This document shows, one piece after another, positions 54,350 through 63,712 of a DNA stretch of 64,000 bases (position 1 is the first letter of the stretch; each line of letters begins with the position of its first letter). A program made the translations under genes and the position numbers. The DNA is from Heterodontus francisci (Eukaryota), in the NCBI RefSeq assembly GCF_036365525.1, contig NC_090419.1, forward strand, positions 13,020,001 to 13,084,000, written 5' to 3'. The notes under the pieces were generated by a model. It saw nothing but the letters and a program-made list of their open reading frames with translations, was not told where the DNA came from and did no database searches.

Positions 54350-57300
54350 ATGAAGATAACCATAGCCAGCCTCAACATCAACGGCAGCAGAGGGGCTCAC
54401 CGCAGATTTCACAATCTCTCAGTCCTTAGGGAAGGGAGATACGCGGTGAGCTTTCTGCAGGAAACCCACACCGTTCCGGGAGACGAAGCCACCTGGCTCC
54501 TGGAGTGGCAGGGTGGGGTCTACATGAGTCACCTCACCCCTATTTCTAGTGGGGTGGCTATCTTGTTGGCCCCGACTTTTCAGCCGGAGATCTTGGGGGT
54601 CAAGGAGCTAGTGCCGGGCCGCTTGCTCCACCTCGCCGTTCGCCTGGGTAGCGTGCCGCTCCACTTTGTGAACGTGAACGCGCCCAGGCCCGGCGCTTTG
54701 CAAGCGCGCTTCTTTGAAGAAGTGTCCGCTCTCTTGAGCTCCATCGATAGCGGCGAGTGCATCATCCTCGGGGGGGATTTTAACTGCACCCTCGAGGTGG
54801 GGGATCGCTCCGGTCCCCAGCGCGGCCAAGCGTCGGTGGAGAAGTTGAGGGGACTGATCAGCTCCCTTAACTTGGTGGACGTCTGGCGGAATCTCCATCC
54901 CGACTCCAGCGCCTTCACGCGGAGGTCTGGAGGAGGGGGGTCGCGAATCGACCGCCTCTACATTTCGCAGGCGTACGTCTCCCGCGTTTCGGCGGCCTCC
55001 ATGCGGCTGGTGCCGTGCTCGGACCACCGCCTGGTGTGGGCGGAGTTCACTCCGCTCCGCACGCGGGCGGGGTCCGCGTACTGGCACTTTAACAACCGGC
55101 TGCTGGAGGACGTGCGATTTCGGGACTCGTTCTGTCGATTCTGGGCCGACTGGAGAAGGAAGCAGGGGGGCTTCCCCTCCTTGAGGCTATGGTGGGATGT
55201 GGGCAAGACTCACATCCGCGTCTTCTGTCAGGAGTACGCGAAGGGGTCGACCAAAAGGCGGGAAGCCGAGATCGGGCGCCTTGAGAGGGAGGTGCTCGAC
55301 TTGGAATCCCGCCTCGGTCATGCCGTCGCGGACCCGGCCCTGTGGCAGGCGTACAAAGAGAAGAAGGGCGCGCTGAGGAACCTGCAGCTCATAGGGTCCC
55401 GAGGCGCGTACGTGAGGTCGCGGATCCAGATCCTGGAAGATTTGGACCGCGCCTCACCCTTCTTCTACTCGCTGGAAAAATGGCGGGGGGTCCGTAAGCA
55501 GCTCGTTGAGCTGCTGGCCGACGACGGATCCTCCATCACGGATCCGGAGGGAATGGGCCTCCTGGTCCGGACGTATTACAGTGCGTTGTTCTCTCCGGAT
55601 CCGTCCAGTGAGGATGCGCGCAGAGTTTTGTGGGAGGACCTGCCGCAGGTCAGCCCGGAGGGCGCCGAAGGATTGGAGGCTCCGCTCACGTTGGCGGAGC
55701 TGACTGGCGCCCTCCACCAGCTCTCGAGGGGCAAATCCCCAGGGCTGGATGGGTTGACCGTGGAGTTCCTCAGGGCGTTCTGGGATGTCCTGGGGGACGA
55801 TTACGCGGGGGTCCTGGGGGAAAGCCTGGCGACCGGGGAGATGCCCCTCTCGTGGCGCAGGGCGGTCATCGTCCTGCTGCCGAAGAGGGGCGATCTCCGC
55901 CTGCTTAAAAACTGGCGTCCGGTCTCCCTCCTCAGCACGGATTATAAGATCTTTGCCCGGGCTATGTCTACCCGCCTGGGCTCCGTGCTGGCCCACATGA
56001 TCCACCCCGACCAGTCCTACACGGTCCCGGGCCGGTCCATCCAGGACAACATCCACCTGGTCCGGGACCTGATCCATCTTTCCCAGAGGACTGGTCAGTC
56101 GGTCGCCTTTCTCTCCCTCGATCAGGAGAAGGCGTTCGACAGGGTGGATCACGATTACCTTTTCGGGACTCTGCGCGCTTTCGGACTCGGGCCGCATTTC
56201 GTGGCCCGGGTCCGACTTTTATACGCCGCCGCAGAGTGTCTAGTCAAAGTTAACGGGTCCTTGACGGCGCCCCTTCGATTTGGGAGAGGAGTGCGTCAGG
56301 GGTGCCCCATGTCCGGCCAATTGTATACCATCTGCGTGGAGCCCTTCCTGTGCCTGCTTCGCAGGAGGTTGACGGGATTGGCTCTGCGCGAGCCGGCCAT
56401 GCGGGTCGTCCTCTCGGCTTACGCCGACGACGTGCTCCTCGCAATCACAGATCCCGTTGACTTGCGGAGGATGCGCGACTGCCAGCAGACCTTTTCTGCC
56501 GCGTCCTCCGCGAGGATCAATTGGGAGAAATGTTCCGGACTCCTGGTTGGTCAGTGGCGGGTGGACTCCCTGCCGGAGGAGATGACACCTTTTGCGTGGA
56601 GCACCACGCACCTCCTCTATCTGGGAGTCCACCTTAGCCCCGCTGAGGAAGCCTGGCCGGCAAACTGGCAGGAGTTGGAGGCGAAAGTCACCGCTCGGCT
56701 GGGGCGCTGGACAGGACTGCTCCGAGTGCTTTCCTACAGGGGCCGAGCGTTGGTCATAAACCAACTGGTGGCCTCCATGCTGTGGTACCGGTTGGTCACT
56801 TTGGCCCCGCCCCCTGTATTTGCCACCAAGATCCAGAAGAAACTCGTCGATTTCTTCTGGGGCAAGAGGAAACACTGGGTCTCTGCCGCGGTCCTGAGTC
56901 TCCCGATCGAGGAGGGCGGTCAGTCGCTGGTGTGCGTCCGCACCCAGGCTGCGACTCTCCGCCTTCGGACCCTGCAGAGATACCTGTACGTCGAGCGTCC
57001 TCCCAGATGGTGTGCGCTGGCGACGTATTTTTTCCGCCAGTGTCACTGCCTTCAAGACGACACGCAGCTCCCGGTGGAGTCCGTTAGCCGCGCCTCTCTG
57101 AGGGAGTTGCCTGTCTTTTACCGGGATCTTTTCCGAGTCTGGAACATGGTCGCCTCCAGTCAGGGCGCTCCCCCGCCGGCGGAGGAGAGCGCCTCGGCTG
57201 TCCGGGCGGCCGACTCCGGGGACGGTCCGGCGGGCGGAGGAGTAGCCGGAACCCCCGGGACGCCCCTCACTGCGGGTGGCGAGGGGGCTCGGGAGTGCGG

Positions 57301-58087
57301 AGCGCTCCCGGCCGAGCTGACCCCCGCTCGGCCGGAACTGCTCATCGGACCCAGGCCCCGAAACCCTCCTCGGGAGCCGGTCCCGCACAACCCGAGCCGC
57401 CTCTCGGAAATGCCCTCCGTGCCATTCCAATCGGCGCGGAGGGGTTTCCTGTACGGGCTGCTCCTGCACACTCTCCACTTCCTCGCCCTCGTCAGCCGGC
57501 CGGACACGCCCTGGCGGTCCGCGTTGCCATCTGGCGGCGAGGGGAAACCCCGATGGAGGTCTCTCTACGCGGGAGTCTTCCCCCTTTACATCGGGGACCT
57601 GGGGTGGAGGGTGCTGCACAGAGCAGTCCCGTGCAATAGGCTTTTAAGTAGGTTCACGGACTCCCAGGCCAGCTGTACTTTCTGCGGCCTGGACGAGTCC
57701 GTGTTCCACATTTATACGGAGTGTGCGAGGTTGCAGCCCCTATTTGAGTATCTGAAGGGGCTGCTCCTCAAATTCTGGCTGCACTTCAGTCCCACGCTCC
57801 TGATCTTTGGGCACCCGGTGCGGAGGGGCTCAGGCCGGGAGGAGGATCTCCTCGTCGGTCTGCTCCTGGGCCTGGCCAAGGTGGCAATTCACAGGTCCAG
57901 GTTGCGGGCCGTCGGGGGGTCCGTCCTCCCCGATTGCCTGCCCATCTTCCGCGGTTTCGTTCGCGCCCGGGTGTCCCTGGAAAAGGAGCATGCGGTATCA
58001 GCCGGTACGCTTGAGGCCTTCCGCGACCGGTGGGCACCACAGGGACTGGAGTGCATCGTCAACGCCGAGAATGGCATTTTAATTTGA
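54350..58087 (+). CDS. Tx1 ORF2 polyprotein (APE endonuclease, reverse transcriptase, C-terminal zinc finger), 1245 aa
   Basis: SLNING, LQETH, GGDFN, SRIDR, SDH; KSPGLDG, NWRPVSLL, LDQEKAFDRVDH, GVRQGCPMS, YADD; CTFCG...H...C. Confidence 0.97.
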   Translation: MKITIASLNINGSRGAHRRFHNLSVLREGRYAVSFLQETHTVPGDEATWLLEWQGGVYMSHLTPISSGVAILLAPTFQPEILGVKELVPGRLLHLAVRLGSVPLHFVNVNAPRPGALQARFFEEVSALLSSIDSGECIILGGDFNCTLEVGDRSGPQRGQASVEKLRGLISSLNLVDVWRNLHPDSSAFTRRSGGGGSRIDRLYISQAYVSRVSAASMRLVPCSDHRLVWAEFTPLRTRAGSAYWHFNNRLLEDVRFRDSFCRFWADWRRKQGGFPSLRLWWDVGKTHIRVFCQEYAKGSTKRREAEIGRLEREVLDLESRLGHAVADPALWQAYKEKKGALRNLQLIGSRGAYVRSRIQILEDLDRASPFFYSLEKWRGVRKQLVELLADDGSSITDPEGMGLLVRTYYSALFSPDPSSEDARRVLWEDLPQVSPEGAEGLEAPLTLAELTGALHQLSRGKSPGLDGLTVEFLRAFWDVLGDDYAGVLGESLATGEMPLSWRRAVIVLLPKRGDLRLLKNWRPVSLLSTDYKIFARAMSTRLGSVLAHMIHPDQSYTVPGRSIQDNIHLVRDLIHLSQRTGQSVAFLSLDQEKAFDRVDHDYLFGTLRAFGLGPHFVARVRLLYAAAECLVKVNGSLTAPLRFGRGVRQGCPMSGQLYTICVEPFLCLLRRRLTGLALREPAMRVVLSAYADDVLLAITDPVDLRRMRDCQQTFSAASSARINWEKCSGLLVGQWRVDSLPEEMTPFAWSTTHLLYLGVHLSPAEEAWPANWQELEAKVTARLGRWTGLLRVLSYRGRALVINQLVASMLWYRLVTLAPPPVFATKIQKKLVDFFWGKRKHWVSAAVLSLPIEEGGQSLVCVRTQAATLRLRTLQRYLYVERPPRWCALATYFFRQCHCLQDDTQLPVESVSRASLRELPVFYRDLFRVWNMVASSQGAPPPAEESASAVRAADSGDGPAGGGVAGTPGTPLTAGGEGARECGALPAELTPARPELLIGPRPRNPPREPVPHNPSRLSEMPSVPFQSARRGFLYGLLLHTLHFLALVSRPDTPWRSALPSGGEGKPRWRSLYAGVFPLYIGDLGWRVLHRAVPCNRLLSRFTDSQASCTFCGLDESVFHIYTECARLQPLFEYLKGLLLKFWLHFSPTLLIFGHPVRRGSGREEDLLVGLLLGLAKVAIHRSRLRAVGGSVLPDCLPIFRGFVRARVSLEKEHAVSAGTLEAFRDRWAPQGLECIVNAENGILI

Positions 58088-58280
58088 GTTTTTTTGTTTG
58101 TTTATCTGGTTTAATAAAGTTATTTTAAAACTGTAAATATGTACATAAAGGGGGCCTGAGGGATAAAGGCCCCCTCGATGTGAAAAATATAAAAGGGGCC
58201 TGGGGTATAAAGGTCACCTTGTGGAGAAAAAAAAAGGGTGTTTGTTTAAAAAAAAAGAAAAAAAAAAGAAAAAAAAAAAA

Positions 58281-58686
58281 ACGGGGGTTAGATACAGAGT
58301 AAAGCTCCCTCTACACTGTCCCCATCAAACACTCCCAGGACAGGTACAGTACGGGGGTTAGATACAGAGTAAAGCTCCCTCTACACTGTCCCCATCAAAC
58401 ACTCCCCAGGACAGGTACAGCACGGGGGTTAGATACAGAGTAAAGCTCCCTCTACAAAAAAAAAACGGGGGGTTAGATACAGAGTAAAGCTCCCTCTACA
58501 CTGTCCCCATCAAACACTCCCAGGACAGGTACAGTACGGGGGTTAGATACAGAGTAAAGCTCCCTCTACACTGTCCCCATCAAACACTCCCCAGGACAGG
58601 TACAGCACGGGGGTTAGATACAGAGTAAAGCTCCCTCTACAAAAAAAAAACGGGGGGTTAGATACAGAGTAAAGCTCCCTCTACAC
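58281..58686 (+). repeat. ~70-bp tandem repeat, right flank of Tx1, organised as 185-bp blocks separated by A10 tracts
   Basis: Units start ACGGGGGTTAGATACAGAG at 58281, 58351 and 58422. A10 tracts at 58456-58465 and 58641-58650. Confidence 0.92.
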
Positions 58687-60019
58687 TTGTTGAATAGCCG
58701 GCACTCACAGTTCAGACATGTGAGGAGACGCCCACTTGAGCAGAGTATCAAAGGCGCTCCCTTGGGTCCTGTACCCTGGCTTGGAGGGTGGGTGGGTTAT
58801 TGGGAACCCTGCCCCTGCTGCAGAGGTTGCCCGGAGGCCCAGTGGAGGCAGGGTTAGGCCTGGCCATGACGCCTCCCCATGGCTGAATATCCTGGCGGCT
58901 GCGGTCGGGAGAGGGGGAGCTGCACGGCTGCCCCAATCCGTTGGGGTGTGGGGGGGGCGGTGGGTTTTACCTTTTGCCCCTGGCATGTCGAGTGGTCTGT
59001 AGTCCAACTGCCGTCCGGTTCTGACCGTGGTGCGTGCGTGCGTGCGTGCGAGCGAGCGACTGCCTCCCCTGCTGAATTTATCAGGGTTGCGATTTGTAAG
59101 TAGAACTCTCCGGAAAATGAAAGCACGTGAGGCGAAGAGAAATGCCCGAGGCCCCAGTCTGCCTCACAATGGGTTCTGCCGAGTCGGCAGAGGGTGCGGT
59201 GGGGGTGGGGGAGGGGGGGGGGGCGGATGAAGGGCGGTTTCTGATTCCGCACTGGATCCGTGCGAGTTCACTGGATAATCCCACATTTATCCCTTTAATC
59301 CGAGGCTCTAAGCGCATCTGTTTCGGTCAATTGTCCCAGAGGAGAGGGGAACTCTGAGACCCTTGACCGTTGCCCTTTCTCAGCGTTGGCGCAGGTCATG
59401 GGGGCTTGGAGCCGTTCCAACTGGCTGGGGAAGCTGCTTCCCTTTTCAGTCTGGTTCCCTCTCCTGCCCCCAGCCCGGAATTAAACAGACTGGCTGCGTT
59501 TCCCGCACACACAGAGCTACGAGAGCCACCTCTTCCCAGAGCCTCTTAACAGCAGCTACGTCCCTCACTCCACAACCTGCGACCCCTCTCTCCCCACCAC
59601 CCCACTGCCCCAGCACCCCCTCCCCATCTCTGTAACCTCCTCCAGCCCCCTACGACCCCTCCCTACCTCTGTAACATCCTCCAGCCCCCTACAACCCTCC
59701 GAGATCTCTAACCCCGATTCCCATCGCTCCACCATTGGCGGCCGTGCCTTCAGCTGCCTGGGGCCCTGAGCTCTGGAATTCCCTCCCTGAACCTCTCCGC
59801 CTCTCTCTCTCCTCTTTTAAGACGCTCCTTAAAAACCGACCGAGCTTTTGGTCGCCTGTCCCTAATAGCTCCTGATGTGGCTCGGGGTCAAAATTTGTTT
59901 GATTTATGCTCCATGGGGTCTCAACTGGAGCAGCAATTGGGGTTTTGATCGTTGCCCTGGTTTAGGGAGGGGAATTGCAGCAGGGCTCCTGTTCCTGATC
60001 AACAGGCAGTAACCCCTGT

Positions 60020-60370
60020 GAAGTGTGTTTGTGTCAGTCTGGGTGTCTTTATGTCTGTATGTATGTGTCAGTCTGTCTGTGTGTGTGTCTATTTGTCTGT
60101 GCATGTCAGTCTGTGAGTGTGTTTCTGTCTGTGTGTGTGTGCGTCATTCTGTGGGTCTGTGTCTGTCTGTCTGTGCGTGCGTGTCTGTCTCAGTGTGTTT
60201 ATGTCTGCGTGTGTCAATCTGTCTATGCATGTCGATCTTCTGTCTGTGAGTGTCAGCCTGTGAGTGTTTCTGGCTCTGTGTGCCATTCTGTGAGTCTGTG
60301 TCTGTGAGTCTGTGTGTGCGCGTCAGTCTGTGACTCTATGTCAGTCTGTGTGTGTGTGTGTGTGTGTGTG
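60020..60370. repeat. Degenerate (GT/CT)n microsatellite
   Basis: Runs of TGTGTG/TCTGTG. Confidence 0.85.
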
Positions 60371-60838
60371 GACATCGAATAAGACTGCTGAGAAACCTGG
60401 CCACGACACCCTTCATGGTCAAATGGCCTGACGTCATTCACTCTCTGGGTTTGCCCGTGGAAAACCGAGACTCGTGAGAGACACCAGAGAGGAGGTCCAG
60501 CCTGGCGGGAGAGGGAATGCCAAATTTCCACTGCGGCTGGACAGTAATTATGGTTTGCCGGGTTGCTTACCCGAGGGACTTTCCCTTTAAAGATTTCTGT
60601 TCCGCCTCCTGGGCCCAACGCTGGTTACCTGAGACAGTTCAAAGGCCAAGGTGCCTTGCGCGGACTTGAACCTGTTGCCTAGGCAGATACACACCTGAGA
60701 CGAGTCAATCATTGATAAGGGAGAATGGAAAGGAGACGGCCGCCCTCGTTCTCACCAGCGACCGTTTAACTGGGACACAGCCGCCCGCCCGACTCCGTCT
60801 CCGACAGCCTGCCCCCACATCACGCCCACTATCCCGCC

Positions 60839-60908
60839 ATGAACTCGAAACCCTTCAACTGCTCGCTGCCGGACGGAGAAATCCCGCTCTCGGGCGACTT
60901 TTTCAAAG
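60839..60908 (+). CDS. SLC51A: Organic solute transporter alpha-like (SLC51A family) coding exon 1
   Basis: Kozak CCGCCATG, MNSKPFNCSLPDGEIPLSGDFFK, donor GTAAGT. Phase 1 joins in frame to 63263. Confidence 0.75.
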
Positions 60909-60924
60909 GTAAGTGTGGAGGCAG

Positions 60925-61860
60925 GCGAGCATTAAGCTGCAAGATCCAATTCCGGGCCCCGCACTTTCGGGAGGACAGTCGAGGCCTCGGGGAGGGTGCG
61001 GAGGAGATTGACTAGAACGGTTCCAGGGATGAGGGACTTCAGTTAATGTGGAGAGACCGGGAGAAGCTGGGATTGTTCTCCTTAGAGCAGAGAAGGTTAA
61101 GGGGAAATTTAATCGGGGCGTTCAAAATCAGGAAGGGTTTTGACGAGAAATAGTTTCCAGTGGAAGGAGATTCAATAGTGACTTTCAAAAGGAGAATTGG
61201 AGAAATACCCAGCTCTTCCGCTGCAGAAACCCTCACCATCACCTCTGCTGCTTCCAAACTCACTTATTCCGACCCCCCCTCCTGACCACCCTCCCGTCTC
61301 CCACCCTCCGTCAACTTCAGCTCATCCGAAACTCTTCAGCCCCCGTGTCCTACCTCGCACCAGGTCTCGTTCACCTCTCACCTGCCTGTGGGAAGGGAGG
61401 TGGGATCCGGGAGAGATTTGAGAGCGTGAAGATGACAAATTAAAAGAAGACTGTTGCCCTCATTGGGGAGGTTATTCTTCTCGGACTCCCCTGGGCTGGT
61501 TAAAGTGGGTGAAGGCCCGGCTTGGCGTGATACTGAGTCACAAAAGAGCGGAGGAAGAGACAGGAAGTGCTCAGGTGGCTGATCTGGCCCGGGGAATGAG
61601 GGCAGGGATGTTACACCCATGCAGGGATGAAAGCAGATCCTGAAAATCAGAGCCAGGCCGTTGAGGGGTGATGTCAGGAAGTGCTTCTTCACACAAAGGG
61701 GGTGTGGAAATCTGGAACCCTCCTCCCCCCAGAAAGCTGTCGAGGCCGGGGGTCAATTGGGAATTTCAAACCTGAGATTGATACATTTTTTGTTGGTTAA
61801 GGGGGTTGAGGCTTACGGAACCAAGACAGATGAATGGGCCTCCTCCTGTTCCTGTGTAAC
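60925..61860 (+). mobile_element. CR1 3' fragments in SLC51A-like intron 1 (60925-61200, 61635-61860)
   Basis: EKLGLFSLEQRRLRG, RKCFFTQR, and a CR1 tail (GAATGGGCCTCCTCCTGTTCCTG). Confidence 0.75.
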
Positions 61861-61907
61861 TCTCTGCTCCAAAAACTGTTAAAGTACTGGGCCGCTTCAC
61901 TTCTGCC

Positions 61908-63070
61908 GGTCAGTACTGAGGGAGCGCCGCACTGTCGGAAGGTCAGTACCGAGGGAGCGCCGCACTGTCGGAGGGTCAGTACTGAGGGAGCGCCACACTG
62001 TCGGAAGGTCAGTACCGAGGGAGCGCCGCACTGTCGGAGGGTCAGTACTGAGGGAGCGCCACACTGTCGGAAGGTCAGTACCGAGGGAGCGCCGCACTGT
62101 CGGAGGGTCAGTGCTGAGGGAGCGCCGCGCTGTTGGAGGGTCAGTACTGAGGGAGCGCCGCACTGTCGGAGGGTCAGTACTAAGGGAGCGCCACGCTGTC
62201 GGAGTGTCAGTACTGAGGGAGTGCCGCACTGTCGGAGGGTCAGTACCGAGGGAGCGCCGCACTGTCGGAGGGTCAGTACTGAGGGAGCGCCGGACTGTCG
62301 GAGTGTCAGTACTGAGGGAGTGCCGCACTGTCGGAGGGTCAGTACTGAGGGAGTGCCGCACTGTCGGAGGGTCAGTACTGAGGGAGTGCCGCACTGTCGG
62401 AGGGTCAGTACTGAGGGAGCGCCGCACTGTCGGAGGGTCAGTACTGAGGGAGCTCCGCACTGTCGGAGGGTCAGTACTGAGGGAGCGCCGCACTGTCGGA
62501 GGGTCATGACTGAGGGAGCGCCGCACTGTCGGAGGGTCATGACTGAGGGAGCGCCGCACTGTCGGAGGGTCATGACTGAGGGAGCGCCGCACTGTCGGAG
62601 GGTCAATACCGAGGGAGTGCCGCACTGTTGGAGGGTCAGTACCGAGGGAGCGCTGCACTGTCGGAGGGTCAGTACCGAGGGAGCGCCACACTGTTGGAGA
62701 GTCAGTACCGAGGGAGCGCCGCACTGTCGGAGGTGCGGTCTTTCAGGATGAGACATTAAACCAAGTCCATGTCTGCTCTCTCAGGTGGATGTCAGAGATC
62801 CCACGGCCACAACTGGGAGGAGCGGGGTGGGGTTTGGAGGGATGGGTGGGGGAGTGGATGGAGTTCTCTCCGACTTCCTGGGGCCAATTGCCATCCCTGA
62901 ACCAACATCACTAAACAAACCGATGATCTGGGGTCGTTATCACATTGCTGTTTGCGGGATCCTGCTGTGCGCAGAATGGCTGCTGCGCTTCCGACATTAC
63001 AGCAGTGACCGCACTTCAACTGAAAGTTATTCACTGGCACTTTGGAAAGTCTGGAGGTGTTGAGAGGCAC
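61908..63070 (+). repeat. 33-bp minisatellite (~25 units, 61908-62732) embedded in a Deu-domain (SacSINE1-like) SINE
   Basis: The last unit runs into GGAGGTGCGGTCTTTCAGGATGAGACATTAAACC and ...CACATTGCTGTTTGCGGGATCCTGCTGTGCGCAGAATGGCTGC, typical of the Deu-SINE body. Confidence 0.82.
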
Positions 63071-63262
63071 AGGAGAAGTGGAAGATTTAGCATCAGGTAG
63101 TCAGTCGACACGAGTGTGCACTGCAGGTTTAATATTGAGCTCGATCGCTGGCTCAGGTTACTGAGGGATCCAGGGAAAAGGCAGGATCTGATTGTAGAGT
63201 AGAAAAGGATCGAGGGGCTGCAGGAGGGTTTTATTTCTCACCCTGTCTTTGTCCTTCATTAG

Positions 63263-63414
63263 CGATCAAGTCGGAAATCTGGATATTCATCATTCCAGCT
63301 GTCATGACATCAGTGATCCTGATTCTCTTCTTGGAAGAGATCGGATTCTTCTTTCGGAATATCCGGAGTGCCAAACGCAGGCGTCTGAATCTCTGGATCC
63401 TAGGGATCTATCCG
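63263..63414 (+). CDS. SLC51A: SLC51A-like coding exon 2 (152 nt)
   Basis: IKSEIWIFIIPAVMTSVILILFLEEIGFFFRNIRSAKRRRLNLWILGIYP, with TAG/GTGAGA boundaries. Matches the OST-alpha TM1-TM2 pattern. Confidence 0.85.
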
Positions 63415-63601
63415 GTGAGACCCCTTCCTCGTCCTCAGTCTCCCCTCCCTCGGTGTCCGCTCCCTCGGTGTCCCCTCCCTCGGTGTCCCCTCCCTCGGTC
63501 TCCCCTGCAGAGTGTCAGCACATTGCTGATGAAGTAGTAATGGGAAATGATGATGAGCAGGGATGCTGGTGAGTTAACATCTCCTCTTCTGCTTCTGTTA
63601 G

Positions 63602-63675
63602 GTGTTTGCAATGACCTCGCTGATCGGGATGTACATTCCCCGATCGGCCGCCCTCTGCAGCTTCATCGCATCCAT
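63602..63675 (+). CDS. SLC51A: SLC51A-like coding exon 3 (74 nt)
   Basis: VFAMTSLIGMYIPRSAALCSFIAS, with TAG/GTGAGT boundaries. Contains the OST-alpha family 'PR' motif. Confidence 0.85.
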
Positions 63676-63712
63676 GTGAGTATTCACGGCAAATAAAGCT
63701 CTCCCTCGGAGT

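Larger units (their letters stand above)
51504..58281 (+). mobile_element. Full-length Tx1-type (L1 clade) non-LTR retrotransposon, ~6.8 kb
   Basis: 5' UTR with internal repeats, ORF1 with a CCHC knuckle, ORF2 APE-RT-zinc finger, AATAAA at 58113-58118 and poly(A) at 58248-58281. Confidence 0.95.

Noticed and set aside
54580-58082. Antisense and overlapping ORFs within Tx1 ORF2 (e.g. 56240-57619, 459 aa)
   Set aside because: Expected by-products of high GC content, with no recognisable domains.
60645-60690. tRNA-like B-box (GGTTCAAGTCC on the minus strand)
   Set aside because: No A-box or cloverleaf can be formed.
61797-62756. ~300-aa repetitive ORFs on both strands
   Set aside because: Translations of the 33-bp (11-codon) minisatellite.
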